64,000 bases of DNA, taken from NCBI GenBank assembly GCA_000092065.1, contig CP000587.1; one strand, written 5' to 3'. This document shows positions 31,670 through 41,377 of the stretch, in pieces. Below the pieces are notes generated by a model that searched no databases, was not told the DNA's origin, and was given only the letters and a program-made list of their open reading frames with translations. Position numbers and translations under genes: made by a program. Source of the stretch: Ostreococcus lucimarinus. Taxonomy: Eukaryota. Positions within the stretch are counted from its first letter, which is position 1; each line of letters begins with the position of its first letter.

Positions 31670-31740
31670 GCGCCAATGGTTTAGTGGTAGAATTCCTGTT
31701 TCCCAAACATGTGGCCCGGGTTCGATTCCCGGTTGGCGCA
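31670..31740 (+). tRNA. tRNA-Gly (anticodon CCC)
   Basis: A 71-nt cloverleaf. The 7-bp acceptor stem GCGCCAA/TTGGCGC is perfect. The D-arm is GTTT-AGTGGTA-GAAT. The anticodon loop is TT-CCC-AA. The T-arm is CCGGG-TTCGATT-CCCGG. The discriminator is A. The anticodon stem has one C.U mismatch. Overall it closely resembles eukaryotic tRNA-Gly. Confidence 0.75.
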
Positions 31741-31747
31741 CTGCAAC

Positions 31748-31753
31748 TTTTTT
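31748..31753 (+). terminator. Pol III T-run terminator (TTTTTT) 8 nt downstream of the tRNA
   Basis: A TTTTTT run follows immediately after the tRNA 3' end. Confidence 0.6.
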
Positions 31754-31766
31754 AGAGCTACGCGGT

Positions 31767-31850
31767 GCACTTTTCGTTCGCGTGCGATTCTGGGCTACGC
31801 TACGGCGCTTCTTTTGCGTTCGCGTGCGATTCTGGGTCACGCCACGGCGC
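31767..31850. repeat. Imperfect 42-bp tandem duplication downstream of the tRNA (core GTTCGCGTGCGATTCTGGG x2)
   Basis: Two 19-nt identical cores lie at 31776..31794 and 31818..31836, inside larger similar 42-bp units. Confidence 0.6.
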
Positions 31851-31861
31851 TAGAGCTACGT

Positions 31862-33262
31862 CTATTTTCTATCTTCTATTTTAGCGGGCCCGCCGCGCGC
31901 CCGCTCGCCGCGATATCGCACTTCCAACTCTTGCACGTCTTTGCACGACCCCAACGCGGTCTTCATGCCGCGCAACACGCGCTTTCTGATTTCCTCATCC
32001 ACCGGTCGCTCGCGCTCGGCGCGCGACGTTCGCAGGTAGAAGACGCCCGTGTCGAAACTCGACACGCGATGGCGCTCGTGACTCGGACGAGCGTGCTGGG
32101 CGCCGTCGCAAAAGCCGTGAGACTGCGCATCGATGATGTCTGGACCGTGCTGCAGATGTCGACTTTCCAAGAGCGCACTCCAGTAATGGCATTCCTTCCA
32201 CAGCGGTACGATGACTACGAAACTGAGCGCCTCGTTCGCGTTCGCGGCGCGATCGAGCAAATCGTTCGCCTTTTCGACCGCGCGCGACATCGTTTCCGGG
32301 ACGAAAGGCGGGTTCATCTCGAACGATCCGCGTTTTGGTGCAAAGTCGTCGCTAAAAAAGCTTCCGAGCGATCCGAAGAACGCGTCGACGTCTGGCGCGC
32401 GGTCCTCGTCAAAACCAAATTGCGAACAAAATTGCCCGTACCGAGCGTTGAGCGGCGACGCGAAACACTCGCACGACACGCCCAACTTTTCGTTCAAAAC
32501 ATCGAACGCATCCTCGGCGAGCGCGCTTTGGTATCCAGCCCCGCCCAGCGATTCGTATCGCATCAACAATGCGAACACGGCGCACGCGAACTTTTGGTAC
32601 TCGTCTGAATCGACGTCCTCCGTCAACGGTTCACAGCCTCGCACTGTTCTGCAATATAAAGCGCGCAGTTTACCGAGATGTGCTTTCGCACACTTCACGT
32701 ACGGTTTCTCTGTTCCCAATTGCATCGTCAAGAAAGCACCTTTGTCGCGAACGACGACGGCGTCGCGCGCCTCTCCGCCGTCGTCGCGCGCCTCGGCCCA
32801 TCGAGCCGCGCTCTCCTTGGCGACCGCGAGCGCCTCCGCCGCCCCTTCCGCACCGTCTCGCTCGCTCGCCCCGTGTCTAATCAAATCTTTCGCCAAACCG
32901 AGCCCCTGCGCCGGCAACACCGGCGCCGCGAGCGCGCCCGAGACGGCGCACCTCGCCAACCAACGCTCAAACAGCAGCAGCGGCGTCCCTCCCTCGTCGG
33001 TCCGCCCCGTCCTCGCCCGCGCGATGCGCTGCAGCGCGCTCCTCGCGCGCTTCACGCCGCGAAACAGCGCGAGCTCGCGCGCAGCCGCCCGACGCGCGTC
33101 GCCGACGTCGGCGCGCTCGCGCACGCCGCGCACGCGCACGCCCGTGGGGGTGTCCGAGCTCCTCCGGTCGTCCACGTCCAAGGCGCGCACGCGCGGGTCC
33201 CATATGCGCCGCTTGACGGCGTCGGTGGGCGCGCGATCCGCTCGACGCGCGCGCTTGGGCAT
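31862..33262 (-). CDS. PCIF1-like cap-specific adenosine-N6 methyltransferase (NPPF catalytic motif)
   Basis: FEMNPPFVPETM carries the NPPF motif of N6-adenine MTases. Surrounding blocks (ECFASPLNARYGQFCSQFGFD; VIVPLWKECHYWSALLESRHL) resemble the PCIF1 helical/MTase region. There is no WW domain. I assign this from memory. Confidence 0.5.
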   Translation of the reverse strand: MPKRARRADRAPTDAVKRRIWDPRVRALDVDDRRSSDTPTGVRVRGVRERADVGDARRAAARELALFRGVKRARSALQRIARARTGRTDEGGTPLLLFERWLARCAVSGALAAPVLPAQGLGLAKDLIRHGASERDGAEGAAEALAVAKESAARWAEARDDGGEARDAVVVRDKGAFLTMQLGTEKPYVKCAKAHLGKLRALYCRTVRGCEPLTEDVDSDEYQKFACAVFALLMRYESLGGAGYQSALAEDAFDVLNEKLGVSCECFASPLNARYGQFCSQFGFDEDRAPDVDAFFGSLGSFFSDDFAPKRGSFEMNPPFVPETMSRAVEKANDLLDRAANANEALSFVVIVPLWKECHYWSALLESRHLQHGPDIIDAQSHGFCDGAQHARPSHERHRVSSFDTGVFYLRTSRAERERPVDEEIRKRVLRGMKTALGSCKDVQELEVRYRGERARGGPAKIEDRK

Positions 33263-33423
33263 CGCGCCGGCGTCGGACGCGGTCGGGTGTGCGGGAGACG
33301 CGCTTTTGAAAGATTACTCATGTCCAGCCGCGAGGAGTGGGTGGTTGGCAGATATTTTTCTCGAGCGGACGCGTTCGATGTTGCTTGATTATATTACGAA
33401 CCGGCTGTTGCTGTTCTACGCGC

Positions 33424-36400
33424 TCAAAGGCCGCCGGCGATGATTCTTGGTAGGATTGCGGTGGCGACACCGAGGGCGTAGTACGCCCAGACCGGAATGT
33501 CGCGCACGTCGACGACGGTGTCGCCCTTGGCGCGACCGTCCATCATGGCTTGCATCTTTTCGCCGTCGTCTGCGGCGGCGAGTTGCTTTTCGACCTTGCT
33601 GGAGATTTCGTCGATGGTAGACTCGTCGATCTCCATGGACGTGGCGTATCGGCGCTTGATGCGGTCCAAATCATCCGCAATCTTGCGCGATTCCTCGAGA
33701 ACCTTGCGTTCTTCGCCGTAAAGCGCCAAGAAATCGGCGAGCTTTTTCTCCGTGGCGCCCAACTTTTCGCGAACGATGATGAGTTGCTTTTCGTTAGTCT
33801 CGATTTGTGACTTGTACGTGGCCACGTCCTTGGTTTCGCTGCGAAGTCTCTGGATTTCCGCTTCGGCCACGTCCGCTCTCTTCTCGGCGCTAGAGACGTC
33901 AACAAGCGCTTGACGCGAGAGCTCGTCGATTTCGGATTCGTGCTTTTGCTGCATGGAGGCATACTTGGATTCGAAATCCGCCGTCAAGCGCGCGATCTCC
34001 GAAGCTCGTTGATTCTGTGCGTTTGCGAGCGCTTTGGTAAGGTCCGCCTGCAATTGAGCGAGCTCATCCTTGAGCTTTTGCATTTCAGCAGCCTTGGAAG
34101 CGTCGACGCTGGAGAGCTTATTTGCCAGCACAGACTTCTCCTCCGCGATGGCGGCGAGCGACTTCTCGAGCTCGGCGACGCGCGCTTGAGCAGCGTCCCT
34201 GGCGGTGGCGAGCGTTGCCAGCTCCTTGGGATCGACGGCGTTCTTCGTGAGAGTCGCGACTTCCTTCTCCAGTTCGCTCGCGCGAGCCAAGGCGGCGTCT
34301 CGAGCGCTGGCGAGCGTTGCCAGCTCCTTGGGATCGACGGCGTTCTTCGTGAGAGTCGCGACTTCCTTCTCCAGTTCGCTCGCGCGAGCCAAGGCGGCGT
34401 CTCGAGCGCTGGCGAGCGCTGCCAGCTCCTTGGGATCGACGGCGTTCTTCGTGAGAGTCGCGACTTCCTTCTCCAGTTCGCTCGCGCGAGCCAAGGCCGC
34501 GTCTCGCGCGTTCGTGAGAGAGGCCACTTCCTGCTCGAGCTTTTCGAGAGCTGCCTTGGCCGAAGCCGCGTCGTTGGAAGCGGACTTCGCGTCAGCGCTC
34601 GCCTTCGTCAGCGCAGCGTTAGTGTCTGCGATCGCCTTCTCGAGCTTGGCCTTTTCAGCTTCGAGCGCGGTCACCTTACCGGCGCTCGTCGTGTCGACCT
34701 TGGCCAATGCTTGCGAGAGCTCGGACTTGTGTTGCGCAACAATACTGCTCAACTCGTCGGCGTGAGCCTTCTTCAAATCTGCAGTCGCTTGTTTGACGAG
34801 CTTTTCGTATTCGGCGACCTCAGCTTCGAAGGCGGCACGAGCCTTGGCGGACTCATCCAAGAACATTTGCTCCAACTTCTTTCGTTGATCCTCGGCTTGG
34901 GCGATGACTTGACTTCGCGCTCGCTCGAGCGCCGTCTTCGAAGACGCTTCGAGTTCCGCACGCTGCGCTTCAGCATCCGTCAACGACTTGGCGAGTTTAT
35001 CCTTTTCGCTTTGAAGTTGCGCTTCGAGGGCGCTAATTTGCGCTTTGAGGTCCGACGCGTCGCTGGCATCCTTCAACGCCGCCACATGATCCTTGTTCAA
35101 TTTATCAATCTCCGCGGCGTGATCCTGTTGCAACTTGTTCAAAGTGGATTCATACGACGCCTTGGAGCTCGTCAACGAATTAGTGAGCTCGTCGACTTGT
35201 TGTTGCAACCCGGGGATGAGAGCCGCTTTGGTGAGAGCATCGGCGAGTTCTTTTTCAGCTTGTGCGGCGTTCTGCTTCTCGGCATCCGCGAGTTTCGCCT
35301 TGAGTGCGTCAATTTCTGCTTGCGCTTTCGTCAACTTGGCTCCGTACTCCGCTTCCACTTGTTCCTTCGCCTTTTGTAATGCGCTCTTTTGCTCAGTCTC
35401 GAGCTTGGAAATCTTCGAAAGCAAAACCGCATCGGCACTCTCTGCGGCTTCCTTTGCCGCGGTGAGATCTCTAGCGTTTTGAGCCTTGAGCGCGGCGACG
35501 TCCGCCTCGTATTGAGCCTTGGCGTCTGCGAGTGCTTTGCTAGCTGCCGCAACATCCGCATCGGTACGTTTGCGAAGCTCTTCGATTTGAGCGGCTAATT
35601 TGGCGTCAAGTTCAGCCTTTTGCTCCGCGAGTCGCGCTGAAATTTGGGCGTCAACATCGGCGAGCGATTGAACAGCTGAAGCCTTCGCCTTTTCGGCATC
35701 AGCCTTGGCCAAGGACAAATTCTGATCATGTTCTGCTTCAAGAGCGGCGATGCGAGCGCTGAGTGCGTCGCGCTCCGACGAGACAGCGGCCACGCCTTCC
35801 TTCGCTTGCGCATCGAACGCGCTTCTGAGCTCGTGCATCTCATCAGCGAAGTGCTTCTCCAACTCGGCAACCTTGTTTGCCGCCGCACTCTTCGCCTCAC
35901 TGAGCTGCGATTCCAATTCCTTGATTTCCTCTTCAGCCTCCTTGAGTTTGGCGTTGAGCGTCGCGATTTCGGCTTCAAATTGTGCCTTGGCATCGGTGCC
36001 CGCCGCGGCCGCCTTCAGTTCAAGAGCCTTAATTTCAGCCTCAAGCTTTTGAACCGTCGACTTGTACTCGCTCTCCGTCGAGCTAAACTTGGCTGTCAGG
36101 GCGTCGAGCTCCTTCTTGGCCGCACTCCCATCTTCAGCCTGGATAGCCGCGGCTTGGATCGCCTCGGCAGTGCGCGACTTTTCCGCCGCTAGTTGGCGCG
36201 CAGCGTCTTCACGCGCCGCAGCAAGTTGGTCTTCAAGGGATTTGGTCGTCTTAGCGAGGTCTGTCTCGAGTTGCGCCATCTTCGCCTTGATGGCTTCAGC
36301 TTGCGCAGCTTCGGCAGACTTCAGCTTGGACTGCGATTCAGCGATTGCCTTCGCGTGATCAGCGTTGATTCTTTCGATCTGCACCTTATGCGCGCGTTCG

Positions 36401-38766
36401 AGTTCATCCATCTTCGTCAACCACGTCTTCTCGACCTCAGCCTCTCGAGAAGCGAGAGCAGATTCAAGCGAAATCTGCGATTGCTTCTTCAATGCGTCGA
36501 TTTCGGCATCGTACGCTTGCGCCTTTTCCTTGGCAGCTTTCTCGGCGATCTCTAACGCATTGATTCTAGACTCGTACGACGAGACGAGCTTTTGCGTCTT
36601 TGAAGTTTCGGAATCAAAGAGCGCTTTCAAGGCGCGGCGTTCCGCCGCCATCGAGCGTGTAGCGTTCGCCAACTGCTTCTCAAGTTCGGCTTCGGCCGCG
36701 ACACGAGTAGCCTTGGCCGTGAACTCGAGTTGCGCCGCGAGTTCTTGCTTGGCGTCTTCCTTCAGCTGACGTACTTTGCTCTTGGTATCCTTTTCCATCT
36801 TTTCAACTTTGACGGCGTGCGCCGCGCCGAGGCGCTCCATCTTGCCTGACCAGAACAAGTTCAGCCTTTCTTCGGCACTTTCAATCTCCTTCTTCAAGTT
36901 GTCGCCCGTGAACATCTTCATTTTTTCGGATTCGGACTTGAGAAGATCGAACACCGCTCGTCGCTCATTCTTGGACATCTTGAGTTGCTTTTGAAGCTCC
37001 GCGATGGCGGCATCCTTTTCAGCCAACAGCTCCGCCGTCATTTCGAGCTCTTCTTCCTTCATCTCGGCGACGAGCTGCATCTTTTCAATCTCGTTGAGGT
37101 GAATTTGTTCAGCCACGGCATCGATAATTTCTTGCTTGGCGGCTACGAGATCTTGCGCAGCTCCTTCTTTGACTAGTTCGAGGCTCCTCGCGTGCGCGGT
37201 TTGCGCGGCGGCAGCGGCGCTCTCGTACGTCGCCTTGAGGACAGCCATCTCGGCGCGAATGGCTTCGACATCCTTGGCGCTCGCCGCCTTGGTTTGCTCG
37301 AGGCTGTCAGCGTGCGCCTTTTGGGCTGCATCAGCGGCACTTCGGTACGTCGCCTCTAAGGTCGCCTTTTCGGCCGCAAAGGCGCTCGCGCCGCGCTTCT
37401 CGGCTTCGGATTCGACTTGCTGCATCTTGGCCTGGTGCTCGCGCATGAGTTGCGCGATGGCTTCGGTATGCCTGGCGTCGAGATCGGCGAGCTTCTTCTT
37501 GGCGTCTTCATTTATTTTCATCTCCGCCTCAGTGATCGCCGCGCGCATCTCAACCTTCCAAGCCGCTTCCTTATCGTTCATGAGAAGCTCGAGCGCTTGA
37601 CGCTCCGCGAGAGCCTCGGCAATGGCGCGCTGCAACTCGCGTTCGGCTTCGAACTGCACTTCAGCCACGGCGGCGACGAGTTCGGCGGCGGATGTTTCTG
37701 CATTCGCAGCCGCCTCTTCGAGCTTGGAAATAAGCGATAACTTCTCGGCTTCAATGGCCGTGACCTTGGCGTGCCAGTCCGCGGCTTGCGCCTCCTTGAC
37801 GGAGATGGCTTTTTGAAGCTTGGAAACTTCAGAGTACATCATCGCTCTTTGGGCCTGGTACAACGCCTTGGCGGCGCGCACTTTGGACAATAGATCCTTA
37901 CGCTCGTCCGCAAATTTGCCTTCCATGCCCGCGACCTCAGTCTCGAGCTTCGAGATCGTTTCCTTGAGCAAAGCCGTGTCGCGCTCGTGCGCCTCGCGCA
38001 TGCGTCGCTTTTCGGCTTCAAACTGCGCCTTGGCTTGTTCGAGAGCCTTGGCCTTGTCGGCGGCGTGTGAGTTATTTTGATCGCGCAACTTTGTGATGTC
38101 CATCTGCAAACGGGCGATTTCACGCTTGTGGCGCTCCTCCACGCGCGACATTTCCATCGCAAACTGAGATTGCTTCTGCTCGAGCTCAGCCATCTCGGCT
38201 TCAAACTCGCGCATCATCACCTCGCGAAGCGCCTCGAGGCGTTCGAAAGACTTGGCCCCCCGAGCCATCGCCTGCGCGTGAACTTGCGCGTCGTACGATC
38301 CTTCAAACATGGACGAATCGGCGAGCGTGCGAACCAACCACGCGGCCGCGCACGTCGCCGCGCACGCCGCGCCCGCGCTGAGCACGCACGTCGCGCTCAC
38401 CTTGTACGCTTGGACGACGACGATGGACAACAGAGACCCGAACGCATACGTCACGCACATCGCCAACGCCCCCGGCGCGCTCGCCATCCCGCCAAATTTA
38501 CTCCACACGTACGCCGACACCAGCGTCGCGAGCGTCGCCGCGGACGCACGAATCGCGCTCGCCCCCGGCGTCGCCGCCCACGTCAATCCGCCCGCCGTCA
38601 CAAACGCGTAATCCGCCGCGCACACCGCCCCTACCACCGCTCCCGCCGTGAGCAGCGCCCGCATCGCGGGCGGCGTCGAATTCGGTCCATCATTCGACGA
38701 TCCCGACGGGACTCCCATCGTCGTCGTCGTCGTCGTCGTCGTCGTTTCGTTCGCCTCGTACGTCAT
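33424..38766 (-). CDS. Giant coiled-coil protein (about 1780 aa) with N-terminal TM segments and a C-terminal tail-anchor TM
   Basis: About 1600 aa show A/E/K/L-rich heptad-like sequence with many internal repeats. N-terminal hydrophobic helices (LLTAGAVVGAVCAADYAFV..., ALAMCVTYAFGSLLSIVVV). C-terminal TM segment (VWAYYALGVATAILPRIIAGGL). The start at 38766 is tentative. The ATG at 39075 is also in frame. Confidence 0.7.
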   Translation of the reverse strand: MTYEANETTTTTTTTTMGVPSGSSNDGPNSTPPAMRALLTAGAVVGAVCAADYAFVTAGGLTWAATPGASAIRASAATLATLVSAYVWSKFGGMASAPGALAMCVTYAFGSLLSIVVVQAYKVSATCVLSAGAACAATCAAAWLVRTLADSSMFEGSYDAQVHAQAMARGAKSFERLEALREVMMREFEAEMAELEQKQSQFAMEMSRVEERHKREIARLQMDITKLRDQNNSHAADKAKALEQAKAQFEAEKRRMREAHERDTALLKETISKLETEVAGMEGKFADERKDLLSKVRAAKALYQAQRAMMYSEVSKLQKAISVKEAQAADWHAKVTAIEAEKLSLISKLEEAAANAETSAAELVAAVAEVQFEAERELQRAIAEALAERQALELLMNDKEAAWKVEMRAAITEAEMKINEDAKKKLADLDARHTEAIAQLMREHQAKMQQVESEAEKRGASAFAAEKATLEATYRSAADAAQKAHADSLEQTKAASAKDVEAIRAEMAVLKATYESAAAAAQTAHARSLELVKEGAAQDLVAAKQEIIDAVAEQIHLNEIEKMQLVAEMKEEELEMTAELLAEKDAAIAELQKQLKMSKNERRAVFDLLKSESEKMKMFTGDNLKKEIESAEERLNLFWSGKMERLGAAHAVKVEKMEKDTKSKVRQLKEDAKQELAAQLEFTAKATRVAAEAELEKQLANATRSMAAERRALKALFDSETSKTQKLVSSYESRINALEIAEKAAKEKAQAYDAEIDALKKQSQISLESALASREAEVEKTWLTKMDELERAHKVQIERINADHAKAIAESQSKLKSAEAAQAEAIKAKMAQLETDLAKTTKSLEDQLAAAREDAARQLAAEKSRTAEAIQAAAIQAEDGSAAKKELDALTAKFSSTESEYKSTVQKLEAEIKALELKAAAAGTDAKAQFEAEIATLNAKLKEAEEEIKELESQLSEAKSAAANKVAELEKHFADEMHELRSAFDAQAKEGVAAVSSERDALSARIAALEAEHDQNLSLAKADAEKAKASAVQSLADVDAQISARLAEQKAELDAKLAAQIEELRKRTDADVAAASKALADAKAQYEADVAALKAQNARDLTAAKEAAESADAVLLSKISKLETEQKSALQKAKEQVEAEYGAKLTKAQAEIDALKAKLADAEKQNAAQAEKELADALTKAALIPGLQQQVDELTNSLTSSKASYESTLNKLQQDHAAEIDKLNKDHVAALKDASDASDLKAQISALEAQLQSEKDKLAKSLTDAEAQRAELEASSKTALERARSQVIAQAEDQRKKLEQMFLDESAKARAAFEAEVAEYEKLVKQATADLKKAHADELSSIVAQHKSELSQALAKVDTTSAGKVTALEAEKAKLEKAIADTNAALTKASADAKSASNDAASAKAALEKLEQEVASLTNARDAALARASELEKEVATLTKNAVDPKELAALASARDAALARASELEKEVATLTKNAVDPKELATLASARDAALARASELEKEVATLTKNAVDPKELATLATARDAAQARVAELEKSLAAIAEEKSVLANKLSSVDASKAAEMQKLKDELAQLQADLTKALANAQNQRASEIARLTADFESKYASMQQKHESEIDELSRQALVDVSSAEKRADVAEAEIQRLRSETKDVATYKSQIETNEKQLIIVREKLGATEKKLADFLALYGEERKVLEESRKIADDLDRIKRRYATSMEIDESTIDEISSKVEKQLAAADDGEKMQAMMDGRAKGDTVVDVRDIPVWAYYALGVATAILPRIIAGGL
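34207..34512. repeat. Near-identical 102-bp x3 tandem duplication inside the coiled-coil gene (34-aa unit DAALARASELEKEVATLTKNAVDPKELAxLASAR)
   Basis: Three consecutive 102-nt units differ by only 1-2 nt. A fourth degenerate unit follows. Confidence 0.85.
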
Positions 38767-39169
38767 CCGCAGCGACCCGTCGCTCGACGCGCGCGTCTCC
38801 GCGCGTCGCCCTCGCGTCGCGCCTCCCCTCGCCCATCCGCCCTCGCCCGGCCTCGCGCGCGCCGCGCCCGCGCGCGCATCGCTCCCGAATCCCATCCCGC
38901 GCGCCGTCGCGCCTCCTCGCACCACGCGCGCGCGCGTCGTCCGTCCCGGCGTCGCCTCGATCGGTGACGTCGCGCGCGTCGTCCGTCGTCCCGCGCGTCC
39001 CGCGCCTCGCACCGCATCGCTCGCCGCGCGCGCGCCCGCGAGCGCGCGCATCGACGTCACACCGCGCGTCGGCATCGTTCACGCGTCGCGCACTCGCGCG
39101 CGTCGACGCCGACGGTCGCCGCGCGCGCGCGATCGCGATTGTCACCCATCGCGCCGCGCATCCAGCGTG

Positions 39170-39370
39170 GCCGCGGTCGGTCGCGGTCGGTCGATCGATC
39201 GCGCGCGATCGATCCGATCGATCGCGCGTCGATCGCGATCGCGATCGATCGATCGATCGCGCGATCGATCGCGCGCGATCCGATCGCGCGTCGCGCGCGA
39301 ACCCGCGAGAGATTTTTTCGATCGGTTTTATCGCGGCGATCGTCGACGATCGATGGCGATCTCGACGCGC
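39170..39370. promoter_or_regulatory. Dense CGATCG/GATCGC motif cluster in the divergent intergenic region
   Basis: About 20 copies of CGATCG or GATCGC lie within about 200 bp (cgatcgatcgcgcgcgatcgatccgatcgatcgcgcgtcgatcgcgatcgcgatcgatcgatcg...). The cluster sits between the coiled-coil gene start (minus) and the 39543 gene (plus). Confidence 0.5.
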
Positions 39371-39542
39371 GAAACGCGCGGTCGCGCGCGCCGGCGACCG
39401 ACCGTGCACGGTGGCGCGTGGCGCGTGGCGACGCGCCGAAAACCCGAAAATCCGGAGACGCGACGAGAGATCGCGGCGCGCGCGAGGGCGGCGACGCGAG
39501 ACGACCGACCGAACGACCGACCGAGAGAACGAAAAACGCGGG

Positions 39543-40347
39543 ATGGCGAGCCTGTTCGCGCGATGCACGCCGGGGACGTACGACGCGCTCGAAACGGCGG
39601 CGAAAGGGATGATGCACGCGCAGCTCGCGTGCGCGCTGCTCGGGACGTGCGGGTGGCAAGGGACGGGCTACCTCGCGGGAGTGGCGGCGATGTCGTGCTT
39701 CGGGTTGGTGGCCATCGAAACCGGCAAGAGTGGGCTGCTGAAGGTGCGCGAACGGCGAGGCGAACGGCGAAGCGGGTTTGAACTGAATTGACGCCGCGAG
39801 GCGACGCGACGCGACGCGAACGGGAGACTGACGGCGGCGGATTTCGACGCGCGACGCGCAGTACACGGCGGCGAGCTGCTGGTACACGCTCTGGCTCGAC
39901 ATCATATGGATGGCGTCGTACGCGACGGATAACATCAACAAAAACAACAACTGGAACTCTGGACATAGGCGAGGGAACGAGCTTTGCGTCGGGATGGTCG
40001 TGTTGATTTTCATGCTCAGGTTCCCGCAGTTTTTCGTGTGGCAAAAGCTGTGGCACTTAGGATTCAAGGCGAGTGGCGGTGCCGGGGCTCAACCCTCGAG
40101 ATACGTCGACTTCGCCACGAACCCGGTGGCGCGAGGTCAAGAGATGGGTTCGCCGAGGCCTCAAGGCGACGCGTTCGCGCAACCGCCTCGAGCGACGACA
40201 GCGACGCCGTCGTCCGCCCTCGCGACGGCCCCGGTGTCGCCCTCGCCCGCGCCGCCCGCCCCCGTGGTGAGCGCGCCTTCACCGCCGGCCCCAATCTCCG
40301 CCCCGGCCGTCGTCTCGTTCACTCCGAGTGGACCTGGCAACGTGTAG
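39543..40347 (+). CDS. Small membrane protein with a Pro/Ala-rich C-terminus, two exons: join(39543..39743,39862..40347)
   Basis: Exon 1 encodes MASLFARC...GKSGLLK. The intron at 39744..39861 is 118 nt. It starts GTGCGCG, has a GAGACTGACGG branch, and ends CGCAG. Exon 2 continues in frame (YTAASCWYTLWLDIIWMASYATDNINKNNNW..., hydrophobic). Codon usage in exon 2 is less GC-extreme, as in real genes. Function unknown. Confidence 0.45.
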
Positions 40348-41377
40348 GCGACGAGACGTGCCACGCTTACCCACGCGTGTGCGTGAGTATAATCATCCCG
40401 TTTGTGATAATCCAACGGAATAATACAATATATTTTCGAGCGAACGATTCTCTGATCCCGCGTCTGCGTTGCGCCATAAATTGGTTCGCTATAAATTGGT
40501 CTAATTACAATCACGTTTCGTCAAAACGTTCCGCGTCGCCGGCGCTCAACCGCCGCAGTTCAATTCTTCGTCTTCCGCGGTCGGATTCTACGCCGTGGTC
40601 TCTTTAGGTCTGCGATAAAGCATGATGTGCGGCTCCGGGCGATGGCTGCGCACGCGCGGTGTAAAACAAAGTCAGTCGGCGTCGCGCGTCGCGTCCGCGG
40701 CGCCGGCCTCGCGCGTCGAATCGAAACGACAGCCATCGCTCAAACGCATCCAAAATCACCCGCGCGCGCACTCGATACGTACATCGCGTAGTGTACCCAA
40801 CCTCGGGATTGTTGCACGCCCAATCCGCGCCATTCGGTCTGCGCGCGCGTCTTCGTCAGTCCTCCTTCGTCTCGCGGGGGAAAGAATCCCTCCTTCGCGC
40901 GCGCGTCGTCGACCCGTCGCGTCCTCCCCCGTCTCCATCCCTCGCGCGCACCTCGGTCAACAACCGATTCTTCGGCAACAACTTCGCGATATCCGGCGGC
41001 AACACCACGTGTCTGCGGTCGCGCGCGCGCGCCGTCGTCTCGTCAGTCTCGCAACGTTCGTTTCGTCGCGTCTCGTTTCGATCGTTTCCCGCGTCGCCCG
41101 TCGTCGTCGTCGCCGTCGCGCGCGGCGCCGCACCTGTACTCGTACACGTCGTCGTAGTATTTTTCGCTGTACTGAATCTGCGGCATCGCGCGCGCGGCGT
41201 TCGATCGCGCGGGTCGGTGTGCGGGACGTCCGACAGCTCGCTTTGAATTTTCCTTTCCGCCGCTCCGCTTCCGGGTGTGCGACATGGTCGACGTCGGCGC
41301 GTCGTGGTGCCCGGTTTCGTCGCCGCGAACGAGGCACCACCGCGCGACCGGCGTCGCCGGCACTCGCCCGCGCGACG

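Noticed and set aside
31767-31850. tRNA-derived SINE downstream of tRNA-Gly
   Set aside because: It is only a 42-bp local duplication with no A/B-box-containing tRNA-like head, no poly(A) or simple-repeat tail, and no target-site duplication.
40348-41377. Possible unannotated gene or long pro-region in the 1-kb gap upstream of the aspartic protease
   Set aside because: All ORFs there are R-rich low-complexity sequence in both orientations. The A1 protease homology begins only after the signal-peptide-like MATASTT at 41378. The AT-rich segment at 40380..40560 looks like 3' UTR of the upstream gene. It contains an ATAAATTGGT x2 direct repeat.
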